A stretch of DNA of 35,637 nt, from positions 1 to 35,637 of the IMG/VR virus record IMGVR_UViG_3300043391_000200. One strand, given 5' to 3'. Source of the stretch: a virus (taxonomy: Duplodnaviria > Caudoviricetes). A model generated the notes under the pieces. That model had not been told where the DNA came from. It made no database searches and worked only from the letters and a program-made list of their open reading frames with translations. This document shows, in pieces, positions 23,894-32,574 of this stretch (its first letter is position 1; each line of letters opens with the position of its first letter). Both the position numbers and the translations under genes were made by a program.

Positions 23894-24022
23894 GTAGGTG
23901 TTTTTCACACTAGTCGCAAGTGCCTTTGTTTCATGGGGATAAATCCAAAACCCCGTCGCAGGCTCTCCCTGCGCACCATACGGCAGTTGCGTGGGATCGT
24001 TGGCGCCATCCCGGCGCCTACA

Positions 24023-24625
24023 CTACTCGCCGGCCGGAATTAGTCCACCTTGGAATAACTCGGCCTCTTCCTCGCGCCTGCGCCTAAGCCCCTTGGAATT
24101 AGGCCACAAGCGCGCCATTTCGCGAAACTGGTTGGGGATCTCTTTGAAATTGCCGGTCTTAAGTAGTGCTTGGATGTTTGCCATCTCCCTGCGCCGGTCG
24201 CCAGTCAGGCTCGGCCCTCGGTTGAACACGAGCGAGACAAGCGCCGCAGTGCAGTCCCCCGGCAGCTCCTCGGCCTGCGGATAGATCCTGAGCGTCCGCA
24301 GATACCAGGTCGGCAGCGTCACCGCCTCAAATACGGCCAGCGCAGCCGCCCAAGGGATCGCAAGGTGGCGGACGTAGGGCAACACCGTCTGCGCGGCCTC
24401 ACCAGTCCTGCCAGAGACGCCGACGAGTGCGGCCAGCGTCGAGGCTGTCAGGTGCGATCCCCATGCCCTGGTTGTCTCGCTGGCGGGAGTCATGCCGAGA
24501 TCCCAGCCGATGCCGATGGTCACGCCGCTGCTCTCGCCCGGCCACTCTGGCTGTGGGTTGTATTCGTGCTCGCCGCCGGTCTCCCAAGCGATGATGGATT
24601 TGATGCCGCGGGGAGAGAGATTCAT
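24023..24625 (-). CDS. Endolysin, lysozyme fold (GH24 / pesticin-C-like)
   Basis: IIAWE, SGVTIGIGWDLG, ALVSLVFNRG and GLRRRREEEAELF. Confidence 0.88.
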   Translation of the reverse strand: MNLSPRGIKSIIAWETGGEHEYNPQPEWPGESSGVTIGIGWDLGMTPASETTRAWGSHLTASTLAALVGVSGRTGEAAQTVLPYVRHLAIPWAAALAVFEAVTLPTWYLRTLRIYPQAEELPGDCTAALVSLVFNRGPSLTGDRRREMANIQALLKTGNFKEIPNQFREMARLWPNSKGLRRRREEEAELFQGGLIPAGE

Positions 24626-24792
24626 TTACGGAGGCTCCTGATGGTTTCAATTATTTTGAGCGCCGTGAAAACCGCGGCCAGCAGGCATCCTGTGACCCGG
24701 ATCCACTGCTCGACCTCGCTTAACGAGAGCGCCAAAGCGCTGACGTTTGCCAGATTAACGGTCGCAAGGTCGAGCAGATGGCGATTAGACAC
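24622..24792 (-). CDS. Small holin-like membrane protein (start uncertain)
   Basis: Hydrophobic segments with a basic C-terminus. ATGA overlap with the lysin. Confidence 0.55.
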   Translation of the reverse strand: MSNRHLLDLATVNLANVSALALSLSEVEQWIRVTGCLLAAVFTALKIIETIRSLRK

Positions 24793-25018
24793 GGGCGAGG
24801 AAGGTGGTGCCTGGTCCTGGTACAAGAGGAAGTCTTCCGGCGGCGTCATAAATACCACTGTACGGCATGATTTTGTCCGGGGGAAGCCCTACGCCGTCAG
24901 TGCTTCCGGGAGGCAGCATCCGCTTTACGTTTGCTAGCACCTGTAGCCCGGCGGGCGGCGTTGCGCCTAGGTAACGGGCCTGCATCGCGGGAATTATCGG
25001 GACGGGAAGAACGGTCAT
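24785..25018 (-). CDS. Pro-rich hypothetical protein in the lysis cassette (77 aa)
   Basis: A-rich leader AAAAAAT-ATG, then MTVLPVPIIPAMQARYLG... Confidence 0.6.
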   Translation of the reverse strand: MTVLPVPIIPAMQARYLGATPPAGLQVLANVKRMLPPGSTDGVGLPPDKIMPYSGIYDAAGRLPLVPGPGTTFLARV

Positions 25019-25151
25019 ATTTTTTGAGAATCTGCTTTCCAAAATAGCCCACAAAAGCGCCAAGGATGCCAGCAACAATCGCCCAAACTCCGGGTGCTAC
25101 GGAAGATGCAATTGCAAGGAGCATGGAAAGATTACCGGGAGTAATGGTCAT
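24897..25151 (-). CDS. Small membrane protein (84 aa), 3' half overlapping the next gene
   Basis: ATGA-coupled to the holin. MTITPGNLSMLLAIASSVAPGVWAIVAGILGAFVGYFGK is hydrophobic. Confidence 0.5.
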   Translation of the reverse strand: MTITPGNLSMLLAIASSVAPGVWAIVAGILGAFVGYFGKQILKKYDRSSRPDNSRDAGPLPRRNAARRATGASKRKADAASRKH

Positions 25152-25627
25152 TTGCTGTCCTGCTGCTTGTGCGCCGCCCCAAAGTAAAACCCCAGCACCG
25201 CGGTGAAGCCACTGGTGAGCCCACCCAGCAGTAGAGTTAGCGTCGGGTCGCTCCAGAGTTTCATGTCGCCGGTGAGGAGCGCGCAGATGATCCCGAGGTA
25301 GCACACGGTGAGCGTACACGCCAACGCTGGCGGCACCCACGATCCCGTGGATGTCTGCATCGCCCTAGCGCTCGCCCTGTCCTCGGCTGCCAGTTTCTCG
25401 GCGTCAATGCCCAACTCAGCCATGCGGGTTTTAAGTTGCATGTCGGCGGCTTGCAAGGCCGCAATCTGCTCTGCGGTGAGGTTACCAGAGGTCAGCGCAC
25501 GTTGGACCTTGTCGGTCGTTGCCTCGCTCATGCCGAGCGCCTTGCCAACGGCCTCCACGGCAGCCCCGCCAAGGGGGCCGCCTAGGAGGCTGCCTATTGT
25601 GGGTAGGAGCTTGGCGAGGAAGGACAT
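25148..25627 (-). CDS. Holin-like protein (3TM / GTA-holin type)
   Basis: LLGGPLGG N-terminus, DRASARAM, two C-terminal TM helices ending GFYFG. Confidence 0.75.
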   Translation of the reverse strand: MSFLAKLLPTIGSLLGGPLGGAAVEAVGKALGMSEATTDKVQRALTSGNLTAEQIAALQAADMQLKTRMAELGIDAEKLAAEDRASARAMQTSTGSWVPPALACTLTVCYLGIICALLTGDMKLWSDPTLTLLLGGLTSGFTAVLGFYFGAAHKQQDSK

Positions 25628-27297
25628 TAGAAATAGGTGGTGACAATCACAATGCCGGGTGCGCCGTTGCCGCCTGCGCCAGAGTTGCCAACGTTATCGA
25701 GTCCGGCTCCACCTCCTCCACCTGCGCCACCGTAGGTTCCTCCGTTGCCGCCGTTTCCTGCGTTGCCAGTGACGCTGGATCCGCCACCTCCGCCTGCGCT
25801 GCCACTAGCAGCAAAATTTGCTGCAACGTTTGGAGCAGATGCGCCGTTGCCCCCAATTGCTCCTCCATTTGCAGTTCCACCGCTAAACCAAGAGCCAAGA
25901 CAAGTTCCTCCCGCGCTTCCTGAAAATCCAACCGTTGCGGAAGCAGGAAGCCCTCCCCCTGCGCCTCCTCCTGCGCCTGAGATATTTACATTTGATCCAC
26001 CAGTAAGTGTCCCTGCCCCTGCGCCGCCCGCTGATCCGTTGCCGCCCTGAAACATGGCGCGGGAATTTGAACCTGCGCCAGCAGGACCGCTTGTGTTTGT
26101 TGCAGCACCAGCTCCACCGCCTCCAGTGACTTGTATCCAAGTGCCAAACGAAGAGTTTCCTCCAGTTGCACCAATGTTTCCGTTTGTGCTGTTGGCTGTT
26201 ACGGAAGCTCCACCAGTCCCCCCGCTTCCGACAACAACAGTTTCAGTCGATCCCAAAATTGAAGCTGCAATGTCACGCAACGAATACGATCCACCTCCTC
26301 CGCCACCCCCCCCAGATGCCTGAGCAGCAACGCCAGCCTTTCGGCCAGACCCCCCTCCGCCACCACCAGAAATGACAACAACGTTTACCAATTTTGCGTT
26401 TGCTGGTTTTGTCCAAGTAAAGGTGCCAGCCGTGCTGTAAACGTCCACCTGTGCCTGTGCAGCTTTTGCCGCCAGCGCGGTGGTAAGCCCGTCAATTTTG
26501 CTCTGCGCAATAGCCGCAGCAACGTCCACATCAGCGTCCACCAGCAGGCTTGCAGGAGATTGCAGCACGCCAGCTACGTTTTTCCAAAGGCCAGTCCCGC
26601 CCACAAGCGGTAGGCTGGTGTGGACGTGCGAGGGAGTGCCATCGCCAAACTGAGCAGTCACGGTGTGATTGTTGCCGGTCGCAAATGCCTCAATGGCAAT
26701 GTAGATACGGTCCGTCACAAGCACCGTAGTCTGAGTAACCAACACAGACAACGAGTATTGCGAGGATGTACCGTTGATTACTTGCGAGGAAGAAGTCCCT
26801 AGCAAAGTAAGAGTTGTGCCACTATAAACGTACGCCTTTGCGCGGATAGACGTCCCTGCGGCCACGTTTGCATCCCCAAATGCCCACAGGTTGAAGTCCC
26901 AAATGCCTGCGGGGATTAGCGTTGTGGACGGGTCTACGGGAGATGATTCCGAAACAAAGCCTTGCACCAGCGTCCAAACATTTTGCGTGAGTGACCCAGT
27001 TGTAACAGTCGTCTGCGCCGTCTCACCAGTGCGGCCCAACTGTTTGGGAGTGCCGGGGATGTTAGTTGTCGGTGCGTCGGCAGCAATACCCTGGTTGAGG
27101 TAGTACGTTAGCCCGTTAGCTCCCCCACCGCCCCCGCTTGAGTTGGTGGCTGGAGCCCACTGCGAGCCATCCCACGTCAGCACCTGCCCGCTGGCTGGAG
27201 TTGTAGCGGCAACTGCCTGCCCCTTGAGCTTGTCAACGCTTGTCGAGTGCAGCCCGCCGGACACGTCGCCGGTGATGATTGGAGAATTTAGGGGCAT
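25627..27297 (-). CDS. Tail fibre / glycine-rich virion protein (556 aa)
   Basis: N-terminal GQVLTWDGSQWAP repeat. C-terminal Gly-rich domain (AGTFTWTKP...GGGGGGG...GIVIVTTYF). Confidence 0.8.
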   Translation of the reverse strand: MPLNSPIITGDVSGGLHSTSVDKLKGQAVAATTPASGQVLTWDGSQWAPATNSSGGGGGANGLTYYLNQGIAADAPTTNIPGTPKQLGRTGETAQTTVTTGSLTQNVWTLVQGFVSESSPVDPSTTLIPAGIWDFNLWAFGDANVAAGTSIRAKAYVYSGTTLTLLGTSSSQVINGTSSQYSLSVLVTQTTVLVTDRIYIAIEAFATGNNHTVTAQFGDGTPSHVHTSLPLVGGTGLWKNVAGVLQSPASLLVDADVDVAAAIAQSKIDGLTTALAAKAAQAQVDVYSTAGTFTWTKPANAKLVNVVVISGGGGGGSGRKAGVAAQASGGGGGGGGSYSLRDIAASILGSTETVVVGSGGTGGASVTANSTNGNIGATGGNSSFGTWIQVTGGGGAGAATNTSGPAGAGSNSRAMFQGGNGSAGGAGAGTLTGGSNVNISGAGGGAGGGLPASATVGFSGSAGGTCLGSWFSGGTANGGAIGGNGASAPNVAANFAASGSAGGGGGSSVTGNAGNGGNGGTYGGAGGGGGAGLDNVGNSGAGGNGAPGIVIVTTYF

Positions 27298-27302
27298 AAA
27301 TA

Positions 27303-28694
27303 TTAGCGATATATAGGGATGTAAGAATACGCGCCTTCAAAATTTATGCGCATCCAATATGCAACATTTACAGGGTCTGTGGGGCCCGGAGAGCTGGAGC
27401 CACCACTTGCTTGTTCCCAGTTTGCAGGATCTGCCGCTGGATTTGTAGAAGTTGCTGAACCTCTGTTAATATATATAAGCCCTTGATAATAAACCTTATC
27501 ACCAAGGGAATATGATTGTGATGTGTTCCAGTTCGGAACTGCAATTCCATCAAAGGGAGCCCACGACGTGCCATCGAATTGCAATAAATTGTTTAGGCTC
27601 GGAGGGAAAGAAGAGATTGGCTTGGTTTGAAGCTGTACCGCATTTACAGGTGCTGGGGCCCAGTCGGTTCCGTTGTAAACAAGAGCTTCATTTTGGGCCG
27701 GAGAAGTCGTAACTACTGTCTGATTTCTAATCTTAAAGGCATTTACATCCCCCGCCAGCCATCCAGCATTTGTGCTAAAAACAAGTCCCTGCCCTTCCGC
27801 TGGAGAACTTGCTCCAGCCAATGGCCTGGGGCGCCACTCATAAGCGCCTCCACCTCCGTTAACCTGCGCCCATGTTAGCACCTCAAGCGGATTTGGAATA
27901 ATGTCCGGAGTAATTGCAGTGCCTTGCAGCGAAGTTGCGTTTGCCGCCGGTGTTGCGGGAGCCCACGACGTGCCGTTGTACACAAGCCCCTGCCCCGTTG
28001 TCGGAGTGGTGGTTGCCACCGGCACAAGCTGAAGGCTCACGGCATCCGCAGGCATGGGTTGCCACCACAGAGGCGAGGTCGTCGGGTCGTTTCCTGTGTT
28101 GACAGCTTGAATGCAAATCCACGTTTCCCGCTGCGACGTAGCAACCAAATCACCTTCCGTATAGGTCTCTGTAGCGCTCCAAGCCCGCCCACCAATGTCA
28201 GCACCAGCGCCAGTAGCTGGCTTCCAGACGTTTGTAGCGGCATCCCAGACAAGTGACTGCTTGTCGGTAGGTGCAGTTGCAGCTACGGCGCGGCCTTGAA
28301 TCTTAATCGCGTTGCCACTCTCTCCTGCCACGATTGCGCGGATGCAAATCAACTCTCCGGCAACAGGAGCGGATGCAAAGCTAATCGTGCCTCCGTTGGC
28401 TTCGCTGATTGTGTAAGTGCTCGGCGGCTGGTCAATGCCGCCCACGCTTACCAAATAGCCACCATCATCGGTGCCGTTGTACCCCGAAAAAAGAAACGCA
28501 GAAGTGGACCCATTGCCGGTGTATTCGGTCGCAGTGGTTCCCGCCGCAACAGGAATCCCAATCTCTGACACGCCGCCATCAGCGCCAAGATATAGTTTTC
28601 CCGTGTAGGTATTTACACCCAATTCACCAAGCTGAAGGCTGGAAGGATTGCCTGCGCTGCCACTCCGCTTTTTCGGAATAATCGGAAAGGCCAT
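27303..28694 (-). CDS. Fibre protein with Mtd-N-like N-terminus and two CBM5/12-like modules (463 aa)
   Basis: LQLGELGVNTYTGKLY. WSATETYTEGDLV and WNTSQSYSLGDKVYYQG. Several LxYNGTxWAP repeats. Confidence 0.75.
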   Translation of the reverse strand: MAFPIIPKKRSGSAGNPSSLQLGELGVNTYTGKLYLGADGGVSEIGIPVAAGTTATEYTGNGSTSAFLFSGYNGTDDGGYLVSVGGIDQPPSTYTISEANGGTISFASAPVAGELICIRAIVAGESGNAIKIQGRAVAATAPTDKQSLVWDAATNVWKPATGAGADIGGRAWSATETYTEGDLVATSQRETWICIQAVNTGNDPTTSPLWWQPMPADAVSLQLVPVATTTPTTGQGLVYNGTSWAPATPAANATSLQGTAITPDIIPNPLEVLTWAQVNGGGGAYEWRPRPLAGASSPAEGQGLVFSTNAGWLAGDVNAFKIRNQTVVTTSPAQNEALVYNGTDWAPAPVNAVQLQTKPISSFPPSLNNLLQFDGTSWAPFDGIAVPNWNTSQSYSLGDKVYYQGLIYINRGSATSTNPAADPANWEQASGGSSSPGPTDPVNVAYWMRINFEGAYSYIPIYR

Positions 28695-28696
28695 AT

Positions 28697-29659
28697 TTAG
28701 TAAGTGCCTGCGGATGCAACTGTAGCTACGCCATCAACTGCAATTTCGATGGATGCTGAAGATTTGATGCCGCCCACTACCGTCGAAGTGCCTGGTATGA
28801 TTTTGGCAGCTCCAGCGGGAGAGACGAAAAACGAGTTGCTGGAGATAGGATCAATACTCAGAATCCCAAGCTGTTGAGTCGTACAGACTGCCAACTGATT
28901 TGTGGTCAGCGCAGGAATCTGCACACCAGCAATTTTTCCCGTCCCATCAAGCTGCGGCACACCATTGGGCGTTGCCAATTGGGTCAATTGTGCGGTGCTA
29001 ACTGCGCCAATGTTACCCGGACTGAGACTGACGTTGCCGTTGGTCGGGGTCTGATTATTTACGGAAACTACTTCGTTTCTCGCGCCGTGAATTAAGTCCC
29101 ATTTGGTTCCGTTCCAAGCAATTGTGTCGCCAGCAAGGATCTGGTTGATGTTGTTTCCAAGCCCGTCGATGATGTAGAAATTTGAGCTGGCAACATAATA
29201 ATCTCCGGTGTTAGGTGCCACACCATTGACGGTAGTCGCGGTGATCGCGGGAGTATTTCCATCCCACGCGCCCCTGTATGTCAGCGCGCCAACGGACGAT
29301 GGAGGAAGTAGCGCGCTAGGAATTTTGCCGTCGATTCCCAACTGCGGAACCAGTCCGGCAATTGCCGTGGTCGTCAAAAACGCAACCTGCGCAGTCGTCA
29401 GGGCTTGTATTTGGTTGGTGGAAATAAGCCCCTCCGCAGTGAGTTGCGGAATTTTGCCAGGCGTCGCAAGCTGCGTGATGTCGTTGGTGGTCAACGCCCC
29501 CTGCGTGCCGGACAACTCCACTATGCCGGAATTGCCCTTCATGTAGAGCTTTCCAGTCTCAATGTTCGTCGCCAACTCGCCAAGTTGCAACGAACCTGCC
29601 AAAGGTGCTGCTTGCGATGTTGTTATCGCGTTGCGAATGGGGATGATTGGGAATGCCAT
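28697..29659 (-). CDS. Fibre protein with Mtd-N-like N-terminus (320 aa)
   Basis: LQLGELATNIETGKLY, VPQLxxxGKIP repeats, YRGAWD, VVSVNNQT. Ends AGTY. Confidence 0.75.
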   Translation of the reverse strand: MAFPIIPIRNAITTSQAAPLAGSLQLGELATNIETGKLYMKGNSGIVELSGTQGALTTNDITQLATPGKIPQLTAEGLISTNQIQALTTAQVAFLTTTAIAGLVPQLGIDGKIPSALLPPSSVGALTYRGAWDGNTPAITATTVNGVAPNTGDYYVASSNFYIIDGLGNNINQILAGDTIAWNGTKWDLIHGARNEVVSVNNQTPTNGNVSLSPGNIGAVSTAQLTQLATPNGVPQLDGTGKIAGVQIPALTTNQLAVCTTQQLGILSIDPISSNSFFVSPAGAAKIIPGTSTVVGGIKSSASIEIAVDGVATVASAGTY

Positions 29660-29668
29660 GATCGTATT

Positions 29669-29968
29669 TTAGTAAGTGCCTGCGGTGTATGTAACTGGCA
29701 CCCAAGAAGTGCCGTTGAATTGAAAAACCTGTCCAGTGGTTGGCGCAATGTCAGCCACTGGTTGCCTGCGTATGCCCTCAACAGTCGCAATGGCACCAGA
29801 CTCGCCAGCGGCTAGTGTTACGTCACCAGACACCGATGTGAGCGAGCCAGGAGGCCCTTGTGGGCCTTGTGGCCCCTGTGGGCCTGCTGCGCCATCGGTG
29901 CCATTGAGCCCTGGCACACCAGTAAGAAGAGTGACGACCAAAGGGCCGCAAGAGTTGTCGCAGCTCAT
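29669..29968 (-). CDS. Short collagen-like fibre adaptor (99 aa)
   Basis: Gly-X-Y run (GPQGPQGPQGPPG) and GQVFQFNGTSWVP. Ends AGTY. Confidence 0.75.
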   Translation of the reverse strand: MSCDNSCGPLVVTLLTGVPGLNGTDGAAGPQGPQGPQGPPGSLTSVSGDVTLAAGESGAIATVEGIRRQPVADIAPTTGQVFQFNGTSWVPVTYTAGTY

Positions 29969-29969
29969 G

Positions 29970-30290
29970 TTAAGAGATAGTTACCCGAGCCTCGATTAGC
30001 CGAATGTCCCAACCGTCGGGCCGCTGCACATTGACCGTAAGCACTGCGCCAAACTGGGCCGAGAAAAGCGCCGTCTGCGCATTGGTCAGCCGCACTGCCA
30101 CCGTCTCGGGCGTTGGTCGCACGATGCTCGGGGTCGTCAGCGATGCGCCGGTAGCGGTTTTGAGTGTGACGCTCACAAACCAGTCCGTGAGGTCAGAGTA
30201 CTGGCTGCAAGGGCCGTCCTCTTGAAGTTGGAAAGAAAAATCCCAGTCGGTCCCGCGCTGGATAGTGGATGAAGTTTGGACGGCGACCAT
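29970..30290 (-). CDS. Putative fibre-attachment / BppU-N-like protein (106 aa)
   Basis: IQRGTDW.FSF, DLTDW, VRLTNAQTA and RLIEARVTIS pattern. Confidence 0.65.
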   Translation of the reverse strand: MVAVQTSSTIQRGTDWDFSFQLQEDGPCSQYSDLTDWFVSVTLKTATGASLTTPSIVRPTPETVAVRLTNAQTALFSAQFGAVLTVNVQRPDGWDIRLIEARVTIS

Positions 30291-30523
30291 TACAAAGTAG
30301 AGGCTTGGGACAAGTAATTTTGCGCAGAATCACAGCAGCCCGACACTGGAGCTGCGCCCGCGGGCCATGCCTTTTCAAAAACGATCTGCGACTTACTAGG
30401 CAAGAGTTTTAGCGGGCATGTAGGCGCATCGCTCAAGATTTGCAATTTTGCAACGCACCCAACCTGCTGATGGCAAGCAGAGCAGATTTTCTTCCTCGCT
30501 TCAATAAGCCACTTAGGAATCAT
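30290..30523 (-). CDS. Small Cys-rich protein (77 aa)
   Basis: ARKKICSAC...C...CP...CCD. TAATG-coupled. Confidence 0.65.
   Translation of the reverse strand: MIPKWLIEARKKICSACHQQVGCVAKLQILSDAPTCPLKLLPSKSQIVFEKAWPAGAAPVSGCCDSAQNYLSQASTL
30291..30314 (-). promoter_or_regulatory. Late-gene upstream motif CTTGTCCC-N13-GTA-ATG (copy 3)
   Basis: TTACTTGTCCCAAGCCTCTACTTTGTA-ATG, inside the 3' end of the upstream ORF. Confidence 0.55.
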
Positions 30524-30526
30524 GGA

Positions 30527-32023
30527 TCATCCTTGGAATTGAACGAGGATAATTTGGCTCAACGTGCTTCCAGCCACAACTTTGCCCTCGTTGTCTTTGT
30601 ATTCAACTGTTGTCACCTCTCCGTCCCTGAAGGTTTGTGCTGGCGCATAAACGATAAACTGCTCCAGAGGTTCAGGAGGATCAGGGTCAGGAGGAGGATC
30701 AGGATCAGAGTCTCCTGTGCCGGGATCAGGATCAGAGTCTCCTGTGCCGGGATCAGGGTCAGGAGGAGGATCAGGTTCATCCCTGCTTTCAGATACCCAG
30801 CCAAACAAATAAACGTCTCCATACTCTATGTATATGTTGTCTCTCCAATCCTTGTTGGCTTGATGGTATCTGCTCCAAGCATCTCCAAAATCGTACAGCA
30901 AATCAAAAAATGCACGGTCATCGGAATAGAGGTCCAACGTCAAATCTTCTGGCGCAGGACCGGGTTCAGGAGGGTCTGGTCTTTCGGCAGTTAATTGCGC
31001 TTGTCCAGAAGGAGAGTTGTCAACTGGCCCATTCAAAAATATAAGCGGCCTGTTTGAAAAAAACCTTTCAGTCAAAGAAATGTGCTGCTGGTCCTCATCT
31101 ATGTACCTGTCGTGCAGAAAGATATTTCTATGAGCGTAAGTATCATCTTTCTTTTTGATTCTAGCAGGCACTCCAACAAGCGAAACCCAATCATCACCAT
31201 CAAACACTATGCCTTGCCCCGCATAGACATAGTCGATGGGTAGAACCTCATCAGGTGGAATGCTGGGAGGAGGCCCGTCACCGCCATCATAGTCGCGGAG
31301 ACTTGTTGTCTTGTTCGGGATCATAACAGTTCCCGGAGCCACTAACACACCATTGGAGTAGCCACCCTTGGTCAAAACTGGAGAAGTGTTTGGGGTCCAA
31401 AAAAACGTCCTGTCTGGTTTCGGGTATCGCTTTTGCCTTATTATTTTAATGTCAACGTCTTCTCCCTGTGTGGGGTAAATGTGAATTATATCTCCCTCAT
31501 ACACAACGGCATTGGTGTCGAGTGTTACAATTCCGGGCTGCAAGTATATGGGTTGATCTTTTCTGATTACATTAGGCTCAAACTTTTCTGCATTCTGCAC
31601 TATGTACACTCGCTGTGCGGTAATGTTGTCGCCATCTATTTCAACCTTGGATACTCCGTCAGCATCCACCTCATACTTAATTTCTGGCTTTTTGTTTGGA
31701 ACCCACTGCCCGTAATTGAAGGGCAAGGTTTTGGCTAGAAAAGTTTTTTCGACCAAATAAGGAAACCCTGCGTTTATAAACCCTGACTCTGTCACACCAG
31801 ACGCAAACTTTGGCACCGCAAAGTCGTATATGAAGTCAGGATACTGATAGCAAGTTTGCTGTCTAATGGGGGCCGTTGTGCCTTTGACTTTGTACTCAAC
31901 ATCAAAACTGCCAGTATAACCGCTGTAAAATTTACCCCTAAATGTAAAACCTCTAGTGTCGTACGATGACCCAGACATCTTCACTGAAGCCTCAAACTTT
32001 CCGTTGAAACTTACAATCGACAT
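30527..32023 (-). CDS. Tail tip / minor tail protein (498 aa) with Pro-Asp linker
   Basis: Long ORF in the tail-tip position. Visibly AT-richer than the core. Confidence 0.7.
   Translation of the reverse strand: MSIVSFNGKFEASVKMSGSSYDTRGFTFRGKFYSGYTGSFDVEYKVKGTTAPIRQQTCYQYPDFIYDFAVPKFASGVTESGFINAGFPYLVEKTFLAKTLPFNYGQWVPNKKPEIKYEVDADGVSKVEIDGDNITAQRVYIVQNAEKFEPNVIRKDQPIYLQPGIVTLDTNAVVYEGDIIHIYPTQGEDVDIKIIRQKRYPKPDRTFFWTPNTSPVLTKGGYSNGVLVAPGTVMIPNKTTSLRDYDGGDGPPPSIPPDEVLPIDYVYAGQGIVFDGDDWVSLVGVPARIKKKDDTYAHRNIFLHDRYIDEDQQHISLTERFFSNRPLIFLNGPVDNSPSGQAQLTAERPDPPEPGPAPEDLTLDLYSDDRAFFDLLYDFGDAWSRYHQANKDWRDNIYIEYGDVYLFGWVSESRDEPDPPPDPDPGTGDSDPDPGTGDSDPDPPPDPDPPEPLEQFIVYAPAQTFRDGEVTTVEYKDNEGKVVAGSTLSQIILVQFQG
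30672..30777. repeat. In-frame 27-bp tandem repeat (DPDPGTGDS x2) flanked by PDPPPDPDP repeats
   Basis: ggatcaggatcagagtctcctgtgccg at 30696 and 30723. Confidence 0.9.
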
Positions 32024-32024
32024 A

Positions 32025-32573
32025 TCAACTTGTTAAAGAGCAAGGACTTGGAAACGGCTGCAGGCAAATATTTTTGATGCTGCTGAAAAACTTTTTCTGC
32101 TGGTCGTCATCATTCACCGTCACCACGGCAATCAAATTATATTGCGTGTTTGATGTGTTTGTTTTCAGGTCTGTTTCCAGAGAAAATGAAACGGCAGTAA
32201 CAAGGAGCGTGTTTATGTCAAAAACAATTTTGCAGTAGACATAACACGTCTCGGTTACGGTCATTATTAACGGCGGGTCGTTATCGGGAAACATGCCGGT
32301 GGGCAGCATGTTCATAACCAACCCCCACTGAATCTGTACTTTTAGTGTTGTGTTCTCGGTCACGTCAGTGACTTGAAATGGGCAGGCAACGCCACCGGCT
32401 TCTGTGCTACCACCGCGCACCTGTTGGTCAATGATAAGCGTTGTCCCACCGGGCGTGCGCATGTAAGTGCCGCCGATCACAGAGGTCACCGCGGCAGATC
32501 TGATTCCATCGCTGAGTTTGTTAAGCTCAGTTGAGGTCAACTCAACGCCTCGCCGAAAGTTTGGAAGATTCAT
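32025..32573 (-). CDS. Minor tail protein (182 aa)
   Basis: Starts MNLPNFRRGVELTSTELNKL, 1 nt after the upstream stop. RTPGGTTL and CPFQV motifs. Confidence 0.7.
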   Translation of the reverse strand: MNLPNFRRGVELTSTELNKLSDGIRSAAVTSVIGGTYMRTPGGTTLIIDQQVRGGSTEAGGVACPFQVTDVTENTTLKVQIQWGLVMNMLPTGMFPDNDPPLIMTVTETCYVYCKIVFDINTLLVTAVSFSLETDLKTNTSNTQYNLIAVVTVNDDDQQKKFFSSIKNICLQPFPSPCSLTS

Positions 32574-32574
32574 G

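Noticed and set aside
23925-24022. Pistol, twister or HDV-like ribozyme
   Set aside because: I could not place the conserved core nucleotides of any of these classes.
25012-25030. Second programmed frameshift at CTC AAA AAA TAT in the lysis cassette
   Set aside because: A -1 shift meets a stop almost at once. The A-run is more simply the leader of the ATG at 25018.
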